Origin: a virus
DNA: 64,000 nt
Virus record (IMG/VR): IMGVR_UViG_3300009093_000034
Coordinates: 30,632-94,631 of that record
Direction: 5' to 3' (one strand)
Part shown: piece by piece, positions 18,560-27,063 of the stretch
How positions within the stretch are numbered: position 1 is the stretch's first letter
Layout: every line of letters begins with the position of its first letter
Made by a program: the position numbers and the translations under genes
The notes under the pieces: generated by a model
The model's input: the letters and a program-made list of their open reading frames with translations, nothing else
Told to the model about the DNA's origin: nothing
The model's database searches: none

Positions 18560-18801
18560 TGAGTAAAGGTACTCTTTTCATCCAAGGTAGTGTTGGCCAG
18601 GTCTCTGATGCTGATAAGGCTTGGGACCTCGTGGTCAAGGCTGGCGAAGAGAAGATGGATTTAGCTGATCGTCTTATTGGCTACAAAGAAAAGTCCATCA
18701 TGTATGGCTTTGCTTTGAAAGAGATCCGTAAGCTCATCGCTGGTAAGAAAGATACTACCTCGATGGCCATCCGAAAGATCATCCTAGAAATTCAATCATG
18801 A
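18544..18801 (+). CDS. hypothetical protein
   Basis: 85 aa. Confidence 0.4.
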   Translation: MGGSLMSKGTLFIQGSVGQVSDADKAWDLVVKAGEEKMDLADRLIGYKEKSIMYGFALKEIRKLIAGKKDTTSMAIRKIILEIQS

Positions 18802-19109
18802 GTTCTGCTACTATTGACGTAGATCCTAAAGATTTGAAAGTCATGAACTCTCATGGCTATGACAACGTTTTCTTCTGGGATGAAATTCCTTGTACGTGCG
18901 ACGCCTGTCGACATGTGGTCTCACGTAAGACTCTTGTGAGATCCCAAGAACAAGGGGTCTTTCTTTTGATCCACCCTACGAAGTACAGTGAGTACAGCAC
19001 CATTGTGAACTCCATCTTTCTCAACAGAGTTTTCACTGGAAATGAGATCTGGTTAAGATCTGAGTGCAAACGATATGGGATCAAGATCCTCAAAGAGATT
19101 CGACTATGA
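18798..19109 (+). CDS. hypothetical Cys-rich protein
   Basis: 103 aa with a CTCDAC motif. Confidence 0.4.
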   Translation: MSSATIDVDPKDLKVMNSHGYDNVFFWDEIPCTCDACRHVVSRKTLVRSQEQGVFLLIHPTKYSEYSTIVNSIFLNRVFTGNEIWLRSECKRYGIKILKEIRL

Positions 19110-19438
19110 CAAACAAAAAGAAAAGTATCAAAGATCAAATGAATGATTTGATTTTATCAGACTCTAACACCATTCAAGGAAAGTTCAAGATCATCAAAAG
19201 CATCAATTGGGATAAATTCCAAGATCATCTTCGACTTGGAATCTTTATCTTTTTGGGAGTTTGGTGTGTCTTTTCTTTTGTCTGGTGGTGCTTTCACATT
19301 CATGGTTGGGGACAAGACCGATCCTTCTTTGGGTTTGCTTGGGCCATTACAGTCAGCATGGAAGGCGTAATAGCTGGAATTGGAGCATTCGTTCTTTTTG
19401 TCATGTTTGTTCTGTGGCTATTTAAGGTAAACAAATGA
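19106..19438 (+). CDS. membrane protein
   Basis: The ATG at 19106 overlaps the upstream stop (ATGA). It has two hydrophobic helices. Confidence 0.4.
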   Translation: MTNKKKSIKDQMNDLILSDSNTIQGKFKIIKSINWDKFQDHLRLGIFIFLGVWCVFSFVWWCFHIHGWGQDRSFFGFAWAITVSMEGVIAGIGAFVLFVMFVLWLFKVNK

Positions 19439-19911
19439 AGATTGCAGAAGCCCGTGAAAAAGTCAAAGATCTCATCTGGAACCAAGCTAATGTCTATGGT
19501 GACCAGATCATGAGTCGAGATACTCTCGACGCCATTCGTGCTGTTTTGAAAGACAGCCAGAGAAACGCAAAGAAGACTCCCAAGATTGTCAAGACTCCTA
19601 ATTTCATGGTAGGTCTTCCTAAGTTTGAAGGAAAGATCGGTGAAGAGATTCCTGTAAAGTTTGGAAACAAAGTTTACAAGACTAGAATCGACCACATGGG
19701 AACTCAAAGATTTCTCCCCATCCCCGGCTACGAAAAGTACGCTGAAGACTTCATGATCGATGGTGGACCTAACGAGTGGATAGCCCGTATGTACAAGGGA
19801 GAACTTACTAGTCAGGAAGTTTTCAATCGTAGAATCGGTGGTTATAGTATCAGTGGTTTCTGTGATTGCTACCCTAGCTACCAGTGCATCAATCCTCTTT
19901 GGGAGACCTGA
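19435..19911 (+). CDS. hypothetical protein
   Basis: 158 aa. Confidence 0.45.
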   Translation: MKIAEAREKVKDLIWNQANVYGDQIMSRDTLDAIRAVLKDSQRNAKKTPKIVKTPNFMVGLPKFEGKIGEEIPVKFGNKVYKTRIDHMGTQRFLPIPGYEKYAEDFMIDGGPNEWIARMYKGELTSQEVFNRRIGGYSISGFCDCYPSYQCINPLWET

Positions 19912-19917
19912 AGTTCA

Positions 19918-20160
19918 ATGAGAATCAAACCTCCTGTTCCAGACCCTTACGAACACATTCATGGAAAGTTCGTCCCCTTCTTCTACAGAACTTGTTTAGA
20001 TTGTAAAGACAAGGTTAAGGGAGAACCTGTGTGGCAGGTTATCATCCATGAGTTCCACGGTTTCGAAGATCCTCGTGTACCAAAGACAAAGTACATTTGC
20101 TTTCAATGTGCTCCTGACATTGCCAAAGCTAATAAAATAAGAAAGGAACATAGCAGATGA
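19918..20160 (+). CDS. zinc-finger protein
   Basis: CLDCKD...CFQC. Confidence 0.4.
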   Translation: MRIKPPVPDPYEHIHGKFVPFFYRTCLDCKDKVKGEPVWQVIIHEFHGFEDPRVPKTKYICFQCAPDIAKANKIRKEHSR

Positions 20161-20360
20161 AAGATCTTATCGAAGCTCTCCAGATTTTCCTAAAGTACAG
20201 TGATACAGACTACCCAACTAACTGTACTCATGATTGTCTTTATGTCGATGTGGATCCTGAACTTGTATCAGATGAAGACAAAGTTCATCTTAGCGAACTA
20301 AGCTTTGATCCTGATGAGGATAGTCCAGGATTTTACTCTTATCGTTTTGGGTCTTGCTAA
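20157..20360 (+). CDS. hypothetical protein
   Basis: 67 aa. Confidence 0.35.
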   Translation: MKDLIEALQIFLKYSDTDYPTNCTHDCLYVDVDPELVSDEDKVHLSELSFDPDEDSPGFYSYRFGSC

Positions 20361-20795
20361 ATGACTTTAGTTTGGAAGGACCTAGGTCCCATCGATGATC
20401 GTAAACCTAACGCTGTAGATCGTTGGGATGCTACTAAGGTTTATACTCTTGGTAACATCGTAAACTATCAAGCTCACTTCTACAAAGTAAAGTACTTTAT
20501 GGAAGGAGAGGAAGAACCTCCTGAAGCTACAGTTGTCCAAGTAGGTCTTCCTCCTGGAACTAAGATAGAGAAAGGTCCTCTTCTTGGACTATTAGAGAAG
20601 ATGAGAGCCGAGGCCATGAACTCCTTAACTTCGAGTTCCAAAGTGCTAGAACGTCTCACTTCTACCAATCTCAACTTTCCTAGACTTGGTGCGATCAACG
20701 ACATAATGATTGAACGAAGTAATGTCTTGGAAAGAATCAGAACCATCGATGAGATTGTCATCGAGGCACAATACTTAGGATTGATCAAAATATGA
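20361..20795 (+). CDS. hypothetical protein
   Basis: 144 aa. Confidence 0.45.
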   Translation: MTLVWKDLGPIDDRKPNAVDRWDATKVYTLGNIVNYQAHFYKVKYFMEGEEEPPEATVVQVGLPPGTKIEKGPLLGLLEKMRAEAMNSLTSSSKVLERLTSTNLNFPRLGAINDIMIERSNVLERIRTIDEIVIEAQYLGLIKI

Positions 20796-21091
20796 AAGCA
20801 CTAGATCAAAATTCAGAAGAACTTAATCCTGGAGACAGGATCGCTTGGGCCTCTCAGCATGGTCACACTTGCTATCTCAAGATTGGCAAGATCATCTCTG
20901 TCGAGATGAAGAAGGTTAATGAGTGGTCTGATCGGGTCAAGTGCGTGATCAAGGCCGAGACCACAATGGTTGAACCTTGGACCTGGAATGGTCAAGACCA
21001 ACGTAAGACTTACGTTGGAAGAGTGGAGAGCACTCGACTTATTTCTGACGATAGCTCAGACTATTACTTTGCACAGGCGGTGAAACTATGA
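20792..21091 (+). CDS. hypothetical protein
   Basis: 99 aa. Confidence 0.4.
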   Translation: MKALDQNSEELNPGDRIAWASQHGHTCYLKIGKIISVEMKKVNEWSDRVKCVIKAETTMVEPWTWNGQDQRKTYVGRVESTRLISDDSSDYYFAQAVKL

Positions 21092-21477
21092 AGAAGATTC
21101 TCTTAGCTCTTGCTGTCTTTCTTTTGGTCTCTTTTCAAGCTACGGCTTCTATTGCTCCGCCTGAGAAGTTGACCAATCCAAACCCAGATCCACAAACAGA
21201 AGCTCCTGAACCTCAAGTTCAAGGAGAAGATGATCAACAAGTTCCGGATGACGGAATAGAAGATCTTGTGGTTATCTGGGCAGAGAAGCTTGAAGATCTT
21301 AAGGACATGGTCCATGAGTTCTTCGACAAAGGTTATGTCGCTATCGACACGATAAAAGAAGCCATGATGGCTGAACGAGACGAGAATGGCAATATGACAG
21401 GAAACGTTCTGTACGTGTACATTCAAAAGATGGTGAAGTTCAAGACTCCACCTCAAACCCCTCCTGAGGTAGATTAA
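21088..21477 (+). CDS. secreted acidic protein
   Basis: Signal peptide MKKILLALAVFLLVSFQATA. Confidence 0.45.
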   Translation: MKKILLALAVFLLVSFQATASIAPPEKLTNPNPDPQTEAPEPQVQGEDDQQVPDDGIEDLVVIWAEKLEDLKDMVHEFFDKGYVAIDTIKEAMMAERDENGNMTGNVLYVYIQKMVKFKTPPQTPPEVD

Positions 21478-21478
21478 G

Positions 21479-21817
21479 ATGGATCCTTCTGAAAAGTTCA
21501 TCGATGAGTTCAAGTCTAATGCTCAAGACATCGTAAGGAAGTGGCTTCCTGGCCAGAGCTATGGTTACAACGAAGTTGTCATTGAACTCGAAGAGATCCT
21601 TAGGATCACTATCGACAACATCGCTGGAGTTTGGCGCGTTGAAGATGACACCATCAAGTCAAAGCGTCGTGATATGGTCAAGATTCTTGCTCACTACTCT
21701 CAAAGAGATATGGACGTTGGTTTCTTTAACCAAGGACCACATGAATTGGCTAGAAAGGCCAAAGCTCTTGTAGATGAAGTGTACAAGATCACCGACCAAA
21801 AGTCTAAGCTAACTTAA
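21479..21817 (+). CDS. hypothetical protein
   Basis: 112 aa. Confidence 0.45.
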   Translation: MDPSEKFIDEFKSNAQDIVRKWLPGQSYGYNEVVIELEEILRITIDNIAGVWRVEDDTIKSKRRDMVKILAHYSQRDMDVGFFNQGPHELARKAKALVDEVYKITDQKSKLT

Positions 21818-21846
21818 CTCAGTTTACAAATTCTAACTAAGTTAAG

Positions 21847-22494
21847 ATGAGATTTACTATGAAAAAGCTATTCATCACAGTGATGATCTCTCTTTTCTTG
21901 TGGGGTTGTACGGTAACCAAGACCGTTGAGGTCTCTCCTACACCTACACCAGATCCTATCGCAGTACAACCTCCAACTTTCATTCCTCAAACCATCGAGA
22001 TGCCCTTGGAGTTTCAACTTCCCATGAAGGACCCTATCGTTACAAGCCGTTTTGGATATCGAAATGACTTGAAGAAAGGTCCAATGGGTGGTGGAGACTC
22101 TATTCACATGGGACTCGACATGATCCCGAAGAATAGAAAGTTGATCCATGCTCCTATCTTGGCAGCAGCGGATGGAGAGGTTGTTATTGTTTATCCTCCT
22201 CCGAGCAAGAAGTTCAAAGGTCATGTCGTTTTTGGTGGTTGTATTCAGATCAAGAGTGACTCCGGCTGGAGAACCAAGTCTGGAAAGATCATTTGGGCGT
22301 ACACCTTGTACGGACACATGAGTGATGTTTGGATGACAGAAGGCACCATGGTCAAAGCTGGTCAAGTCATAGGTCTGATGGGAAACACAGGACAAGCTGA
22401 AGGCTATCACCTCCACTTCGAGGTCTCATTTGACCCTGAAGACTTTCTTCCAGAGCTTGATGCTCTTCCTACTCTACGAAAGGCTCAAGACTAA
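21847..22494 (+). CDS. M23 family metallopeptidase (LytM-like), secreted/lipoprotein; candidate lysin
   Basis: HMGLDM (HxxxD) and GNTGQAEGYHLHFE (HxH) are M23 signatures. It has an N-terminal signal peptide with LWGC. Confidence 0.7.
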   Translation: MRFTMKKLFITVMISLFLWGCTVTKTVEVSPTPTPDPIAVQPPTFIPQTIEMPLEFQLPMKDPIVTSRFGYRNDLKKGPMGGGDSIHMGLDMIPKNRKLIHAPILAAADGEVVIVYPPPSKKFKGHVVFGGCIQIKSDSGWRTKSGKIIWAYTLYGHMSDVWMTEGTMVKAGQVIGLMGNTGQAEGYHLHFEVSFDPEDFLPELDALPTLRKAQD

Positions 22495-22495
22495 C

Positions 22496-22990
22496 ATGTC
22501 AGACGAAAAGAAAGTCTACGAAGAAAAGAGAGTTTACATCTACGTCCAAGAACCTGGTCAATATTGCATGAGATGCCCAGAGTGTCATGAAGAACATGAT
22601 CTTCTTTGGTCGGAGTTCAAGAGCTCTATCTGGTGTAACAAGTGCCAGAAGGATCAGTATCTTCCATTGGACTCTACAGATAGTGGAGTCTTCTCTGGTC
22701 CGATCATGCTTCATACCTCTGAGCTCTTAGGCATGCGATTTGATCGTCTCTACATTGAACAAGACAAGATCCTTGTTCAAGAGGTCTACATCGACATGAC
22801 AGACTCAGAGGATGAGATCGTAGAGAAGATCAAGAAGGGAGAGATCGAACTTCTTGATGGACCACAGTACCTTGAGTACTTGGACAAACGAAGAAAACAT
22901 CTTGAGAGCCAAATGTCTACTGGACTGAAGGCTGAGATCAAGGATACTAGGGAACAACAAAATGACACCGATGATTCAAAAGTTGATTGA
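22496..22990 (+). CDS. zinc-binding protein
   Basis: ATG at 22496 just after the M23 stop. It has CMRCPEC...CNKC motifs. Confidence 0.45.
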   Translation: MSDEKKVYEEKRVYIYVQEPGQYCMRCPECHEEHDLLWSEFKSSIWCNKCQKDQYLPLDSTDSGVFSGPIMLHTSELLGMRFDRLYIEQDKILVQEVYIDMTDSEDEIVEKIKKGEIELLDGPQYLEYLDKRRKHLESQMSTGLKAEIKDTREQQNDTDDSKVD

Positions 22991-23273
22991 GAAAAGAGAT
23001 CGTCAACTCCAACAAAAGAAAGACAAAGATAAGAAAGACAAGCAAAAGGGAACCATCAAGGTTATCAAGATGATTGAGAAGATCATCCGAAAAGGACGAT
23101 TTCCACTACCTGATTGGAACCCAAATTACTTGGGTGGGTTCGATCTTTCTAATCTTCCTAAGTTTAGTTTGAAGAAGGTTCAGGAAAAGTTTCCTGATCT
23201 TAATCTTTCATGGAACTCTAATGAGACTAGTAGTGACGAGTATTCTTTAGACATCTATTTGAAGAGAGTCTAA
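22962..23273 (+). CDS. hypothetical basic protein
   Basis: 103 aa, Lys-rich. Confidence 0.4.
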   Translation: MTPMIQKLIEKRDRQLQQKKDKDKKDKQKGTIKVIKMIEKIIRKGRFPLPDWNPNYLGGFDLSNLPKFSLKKVQEKFPDLNLSWNSNETSSDEYSLDIYLKRV

Positions 23274-23451
23274 ATGAAAAAACCAAAAGAACAAAAACCT
23301 AAAGTTGAAGTTGAAGAACATGTAACTGGATCCGTGTTCTCTTTCCAGTTACCAGACTCTTTCTATGAGTCTGAGATCTACAAGAACAACTCTGGTGGTA
23401 CAATGACCACAGAACAGTGTCAAAGAGCCAGAGAGAACTATCGTTGGTAAC

Positions 23452-23781
23452 ATGAAAAAACTTTATCACAGAATCAAAAAAGTCTATGGTGTTTTTCCCA
23501 AGTATGATCTTCACACCTTTCAATTTGAAGGTTCAGAAACTACTATTTTTTTCAGAGTAGTTTCTGATAGTCCTAGAGTCAATGGAATTTTCACTTTCTT
23601 AGATTTTCTCCAAAAGAATGGAGATCTTTTGGTGATTGAAGAGATCACCAAGAAAAAGTTCAAACCTCTTCCTGATCATCTTTGCGATGGTTGTGGGGAA
23701 GAACGAAAATATCACCATGCTGGAACTTTGTGTAGTGATAACAACGGTGGTTTCACTCTTAAAGAAGAAGATATGATATGA
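23452..23781 (+). CDS. hypothetical protein
   Basis: 109 aa. Confidence 0.4.
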   Translation: MKKLYHRIKKVYGVFPKYDLHTFQFEGSETTIFFRVVSDSPRVNGIFTFLDFLQKNGDLLVIEEITKKKFKPLPDHLCDGCGEERKYHHAGTLCSDNNGGFTLKEEDMI

Positions 23782-24044
23782 GTGGTCCAGCTCCAAAGCA
23801 TGGACAACCTACCCACCATGAAGCTGTTCATCACGTTTATCTTACTGTAGAACAGATGGAGAAGATGACAACTCAACGTCTTCTAGCTTACTTCAAGAAA
23901 CACTTGATGCATGATCCATTCTATCCTTCCAGTGAAAAAGAAAAACATGACGAGTGGGAGATGGTTAGAGCTAAAGCTCAAAGTATACTATCAAGTAGAG
24001 AACATGTTCCTTCTAAGAGGGAACTCCAAAAGAGAAAGAAATGA
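23778..24044 (+). CDS. hypothetical protein
   Basis: 88 aa. Confidence 0.4.
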   Translation: MSGPAPKHGQPTHHEAVHHVYLTVEQMEKMTTQRLLAYFKKHLMHDPFYPSSEKEKHDEWEMVRAKAQSILSSREHVPSKRELQKRKK

Positions 24045-24463
24045 CACGATACGTTTTAGGTTTTCTTTTTGATGACGAAAAGAACACGGTCGTCTTGATC
24101 AAGAAAAACAAGCCTGTTTGGCAAAAAGGTCTCTTGAACGGTGTTGGTGGGAAGATCGAAGAAGGTGAACTTCCTATAGTCGCTATGGTAAGAGAGTTTG
24201 AAGAGGAAACGTCTGTGAAAACAGACAACCTTGATTGGAAGCACTTTGCTGGTGTTGAAGGCGAAGGTTACTCCATCGCTTGTTTCTACACCATCAGTTC
24301 TGACTACATGAAAAACGTCAAGACCATGGAAGAAGAAGTGATCGAGATTCGTAGGATTCGAGATCTTCAAGATCTTCCTATAGTCTCCAATCTTCTTTGG
24401 TTGGTTCACCTTGCAAAAGATGAAAACAATGGTAACCATCCTACTGTTCAAGTAAAGTACTAA
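24041..24463 (+). CDS. Nudix hydrolase
   Basis: GGKIEEGELPIVAMVREFEEETSV fits the Nudix box Gx5Ex7REUxEExGU almost perfectly. Confidence 0.65.
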   Translation: MTRYVLGFLFDDEKNTVVLIKKNKPVWQKGLLNGVGGKIEEGELPIVAMVREFEEETSVKTDNLDWKHFAGVEGEGYSIACFYTISSDYMKNVKTMEEEVIEIRRIRDLQDLPIVSNLLWLVHLAKDENNGNHPTVQVKY

Positions 24464-24491
24464 ATGACTGTTATTCTTCTGTGTGTACTAA

Positions 24492-24959
24492 TTGTACATG
24501 AGAAGAACCTATAGAATAGAAAAGTCTTTAGATATTGAGGAGTTCATTAGAATAACTAATGAATCGTTAACCATGAAACAAGCTGCTGTGAAACTTGGTC
24601 TTCATTTTAATAGTTTCAGAAGAATAGCAGTAAAGTATGGAGTTTATCGACCTAATCGTGGAGGCAAAGGAACCCATAAGCATAAAGAAAATGGGACTAC
24701 ACCTCTTACTGAAATTTTGGAAGGAAACCATCCATCATATCAAACGTTTAGATTAAAACTTAGATTAATTTCAGAAGGAATTTTTATTCCAGAATGTTCT
24801 GAATGCAAAAATACTCAATGGAATAAAAAAGAAATTCCTTTAGAGTTAGATCACATAGATGGAAATTCTTCTAACCATCTTTTAGACAACTTACGATTGT
24901 TATGTCCAAATTGTCATGCACAAACTGAGACGTATAGAGGAAAAAACAAAAAGTTTTGA
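24492..24959 (+). CDS. HNH homing endonuclease with N-terminal HTH
   Basis: CSECKN...LDHIDGNSSNHLLDNLRLLCPNCH is an HNH motif. Its AT-rich codon usage is distinct from the flanks. Confidence 0.7.
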   Translation: MYMRRTYRIEKSLDIEEFIRITNESLTMKQAAVKLGLHFNSFRRIAVKYGVYRPNRGGKGTHKHKENGTTPLTEILEGNHPSYQTFRLKLRLISEGIFIPECSECKNTQWNKKEIPLELDHIDGNSSNHLLDNLRLLCPNCHAQTETYRGKNKKF

Positions 24960-24969
24960 GATATTACTC
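24954..24969 (+). promoter_or_regulatory. promoter-like motif variant TTTTGAGATATTACTC (copy 4) upstream of tRNA
   Basis: Variant of the TGAGATATTGTAG family, ending about 10 nt before the tRNA 5' end. Confidence 0.45.
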
Positions 24970-24979
24970 AAGCAAGTGA

Positions 24980-25090
24980 GCGGGAGTGGAGAAATGGTGA
25001 GACTCAGCGGACTTATGAATGCATTCTAACTAGTGCATTGAATAAATCCGCTGCTTAAGAGGCGTGCCGGTTCGAGTCCGGTCTCCCGCA
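24980..25090 (+). tRNA. tRNA-like gene (111 nt) with long variable arm and apparent 28-nt insertion in the anticodon loop; candidate anticodon UAU
   Basis: 7-bp acceptor GCGGGAG/CTCCCGC with discriminator A. U8, A14, GG and A21 are present in the D-arm. The T-arm is GCCGG-TTCGAGT-CCGGT. The anticodon stem GCGGA/UCCGC encloses 35 nt instead of 7. The variable arm is GCTT-AAG-AGGC. Confidence 0.55.
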
Positions 25091-25138
25091 GAAGTTGGAC
25101 CGTAGAGTTCAACGATTTCCCAAAGAGGAGGATAACCA

Positions 25139-25591
25139 ATGAGTTATCTCACTGCTACTACTCAGGACATTCAGGACGTCGCTAAGACCCTGATTTATGC
25201 CACTGACAAGACCACGTCCCGCGACATTCTGGAGAAGATGCGCGCCGACAATTACTGGATCAACCAGACCGAGGTCGCTGCTGCGCTTCGTGATCTTCTG
25301 GCCACGGATCCTTCCTACGTTCGGACCTTTCAGCCCGATGCCTCGGTTCCTACCGGTGGCTACTTCATCTACGGCCTTGCGAGCGTGATCAAGACCACGG
25401 CCTCTGCCCCTGTCTACCCTGCGAAGGTGAAGAAGGTTCAGACTGTTGGTGACTACGAAGCTCGTGACAAGAACGATCCCAACTGGACCCTCGTTCGTTA
25501 CGACAACGTCACCGAGAACCAGGCCAAGCATCTCTTCTCCGAAGAGTACGGCGTCGCCTACACTGACGTTCGCGTCAAGAAGGCTGTCTAA
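25139..25591 (+). CDS. hypothetical protein (GC-rich island)
   Basis: 150 aa with a strong RBS AGAGGAGG. Its GC-rich codon usage differs from the phage backbone. Confidence 0.5.
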   Translation: MSYLTATTQDIQDVAKTLIYATDKTTSRDILEKMRADNYWINQTEVAAALRDLLATDPSYVRTFQPDASVPTGGYFIYGLASVIKTTASAPVYPAKVKKVQTVGDYEARDKNDPNWTLVRYDNVTENQAKHLFSEEYGVAYTDVRVKKAV

Positions 25592-25619
25592 GAAAAAAGT
25601 TTCTCTTGAAAAGAGAGGC

Positions 25620-25634
25620 TGAGATATTGTATAC
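25620..25634 (+). promoter_or_regulatory. conserved promoter-like motif TGAGATATTGTATAC (copy 5)
   Basis: No ORF follows it. A terminator lies 150 nt downstream. Confidence 0.5.
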
Positions 25635-25800
25635 GTAATGACCTAGAGCTTGAGCATAGGTTAAGCCAAACGGTAAAGTAAAGGCCGCCAAATAGCAAAA
25701 GGGAGGGTTTCTATCTTCTAAAGATCTAAACCACTATATTTTGTTTTTTTAATAGATTGTTTTTCGAAAAGGGAACCTGTTGGTTCCCTTTTCCTTTTTG
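25635..25800 (+). ncRNA. candidate small non-coding RNA (promoter-to-terminator unit without ORF)
   Basis: Bounded by motif copy 5 and the strong terminator at 25767-25800. The only ORF inside is ATG-ACC-TAG. Confidence 0.35.
25767..25800 (+). terminator. rho-independent terminator
   Basis: GGGAACC-TGTT-GGTTCCC hairpin followed by TTTTCCTTTTT. Confidence 0.8.
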
Positions 25801-25809
25801 TGAAGAGAA

Positions 25810-25824
25810 TGAGATATTGTAGAC
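25810..25824 (+). promoter_or_regulatory. conserved promoter-like motif TGAGATATTGTAGAC (copy 6) upstream of PARP-like gene
   Basis: 26 nt upstream of the ATG at 25850. Confidence 0.55.
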
Positions 25825-25849
25825 AACTTATAGTTCATGGAGACTACAG

Positions 25850-27061
25850 ATGGCCCGTATTGAAAAGCTGATCATGGTGACCGGTGAAGAGAATCACAAC
25901 AAGGTCTATGAGCTGATCGACAACGAGAACGGTACTTGTACCGCCAAGTGGGGTCGGGTTGGCGCTGCTCTTCAGGAGTGCAACTACCCCATCAGCGAGT
26001 TTGAAAAGAAGCTCAAGGAAAAGGTCAAGAAGGGCTATCGCGTGATCACCGATCTTCTGTCTGTCGAGAAAAGTGATGGTAAGACCACCACTACGGACGA
26101 CGAAGAGGTAAAGATCCAGAACATGTCCCGTGAGGCCATGGAGTTGATCAACTTCCTCCAGAGTTGTGCTAAGGGCATCGTCAAGCAGAACTACACCGTC
26201 AAAGTTGCCGACGTTACTCAGAAGCAGATCGACGCTGCTCAGGCCATCCTGGACGGACTGGTTGCTCTGTCCAACCAGAACTGGTCTCGTGAAGAGGCCA
26301 ACAAGATCCTTTTGGATCTTTACAACACCATCCCCCGGAAGATGAGCAACACCAAGAACTTCCTCATCCAGATCGACAACATCACGAAGAAGCGCCTTCA
26401 GGAGTTGATCTCCAGTGAAGCCGATCTTCTTGACGTTATGCGCGGTCAGGTTCAGACCACGAACGTTGCTCCCAAGTCTTCCACTGGCGAAGTCAAGTTG
26501 GATATTGAGATTCGTCTCGCTACTCCCGATGAGATCGATGAGATCTCCAAGAAGACTGACTTTGATGTTCGTAGTGCTGCAAGGATCTATCGGGTGGAGA
26601 ACACCAAGACCAAGAATCGCTACGAAAGTATCAACAAGCAGAATGAACAGCTTCTCTACCACGGTTCTCGCAGCCAGAACTGGTGGTCGATCATCAACGG
26701 CGGTTTGAAGATTCGTCCGACCAACGCCGTTCACACTGGCTCGATGTTCTCCGATGGTATCTACGCTGCTGACAAAGCTCAGAAGTCTCTCGGTTACACC
26801 GACGGTGGTTATTGGACTGGTAGCAGTGGTTCCTCGAAGAGGTTCCTCGGCATCTACAGTTTCAACCTCGGTCGTCAGTGGGATCTGTTCGCTGGTGGTC
26901 AGCGTCATGCCAGCTGGATGATGCAGCTCAACCTGAAGAAGATCAACGACAAGGGTTTTGACTCTCTGTTCGCTAAGGGTGGAGCAGATCTTCGCAACAA
27001 TGAGATGATCGTGTTCGAAGAGGCTCGCTGCACCATCAAGTATCTGATCGAGATGCGTTAA
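25850..27061 (+). CDS. PARP-like ADP-ribosyltransferase (WGR domain + helical domain + ART catalytic domain)
   Basis: The N-terminal WGRVG is a WGR motif. The C-terminal LYHGSRSQNWWSIINGG, GIYAADKAQKS and NEMIVFEEARCTIKYLIE blocks supply the H-Y-E triad of PARP catalytic domains. Confidence 0.75.
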   Translation: MARIEKLIMVTGEENHNKVYELIDNENGTCTAKWGRVGAALQECNYPISEFEKKLKEKVKKGYRVITDLLSVEKSDGKTTTTDDEEVKIQNMSREAMELINFLQSCAKGIVKQNYTVKVADVTQKQIDAAQAILDGLVALSNQNWSREEANKILLDLYNTIPRKMSNTKNFLIQIDNITKKRLQELISSEADLLDVMRGQVQTTNVAPKSSTGEVKLDIEIRLATPDEIDEISKKTDFDVRSAARIYRVENTKTKNRYESINKQNEQLLYHGSRSQNWWSIINGGLKIRPTNAVHTGSMFSDGIYAADKAQKSLGYTDGGYWTGSSGSSKRFLGIYSFNLGRQWDLFAGGQRHASWMMQLNLKKINDKGFDSLFAKGGADLRNNEMIVFEEARCTIKYLIEMR

Positions 27062-27063
27062 CC

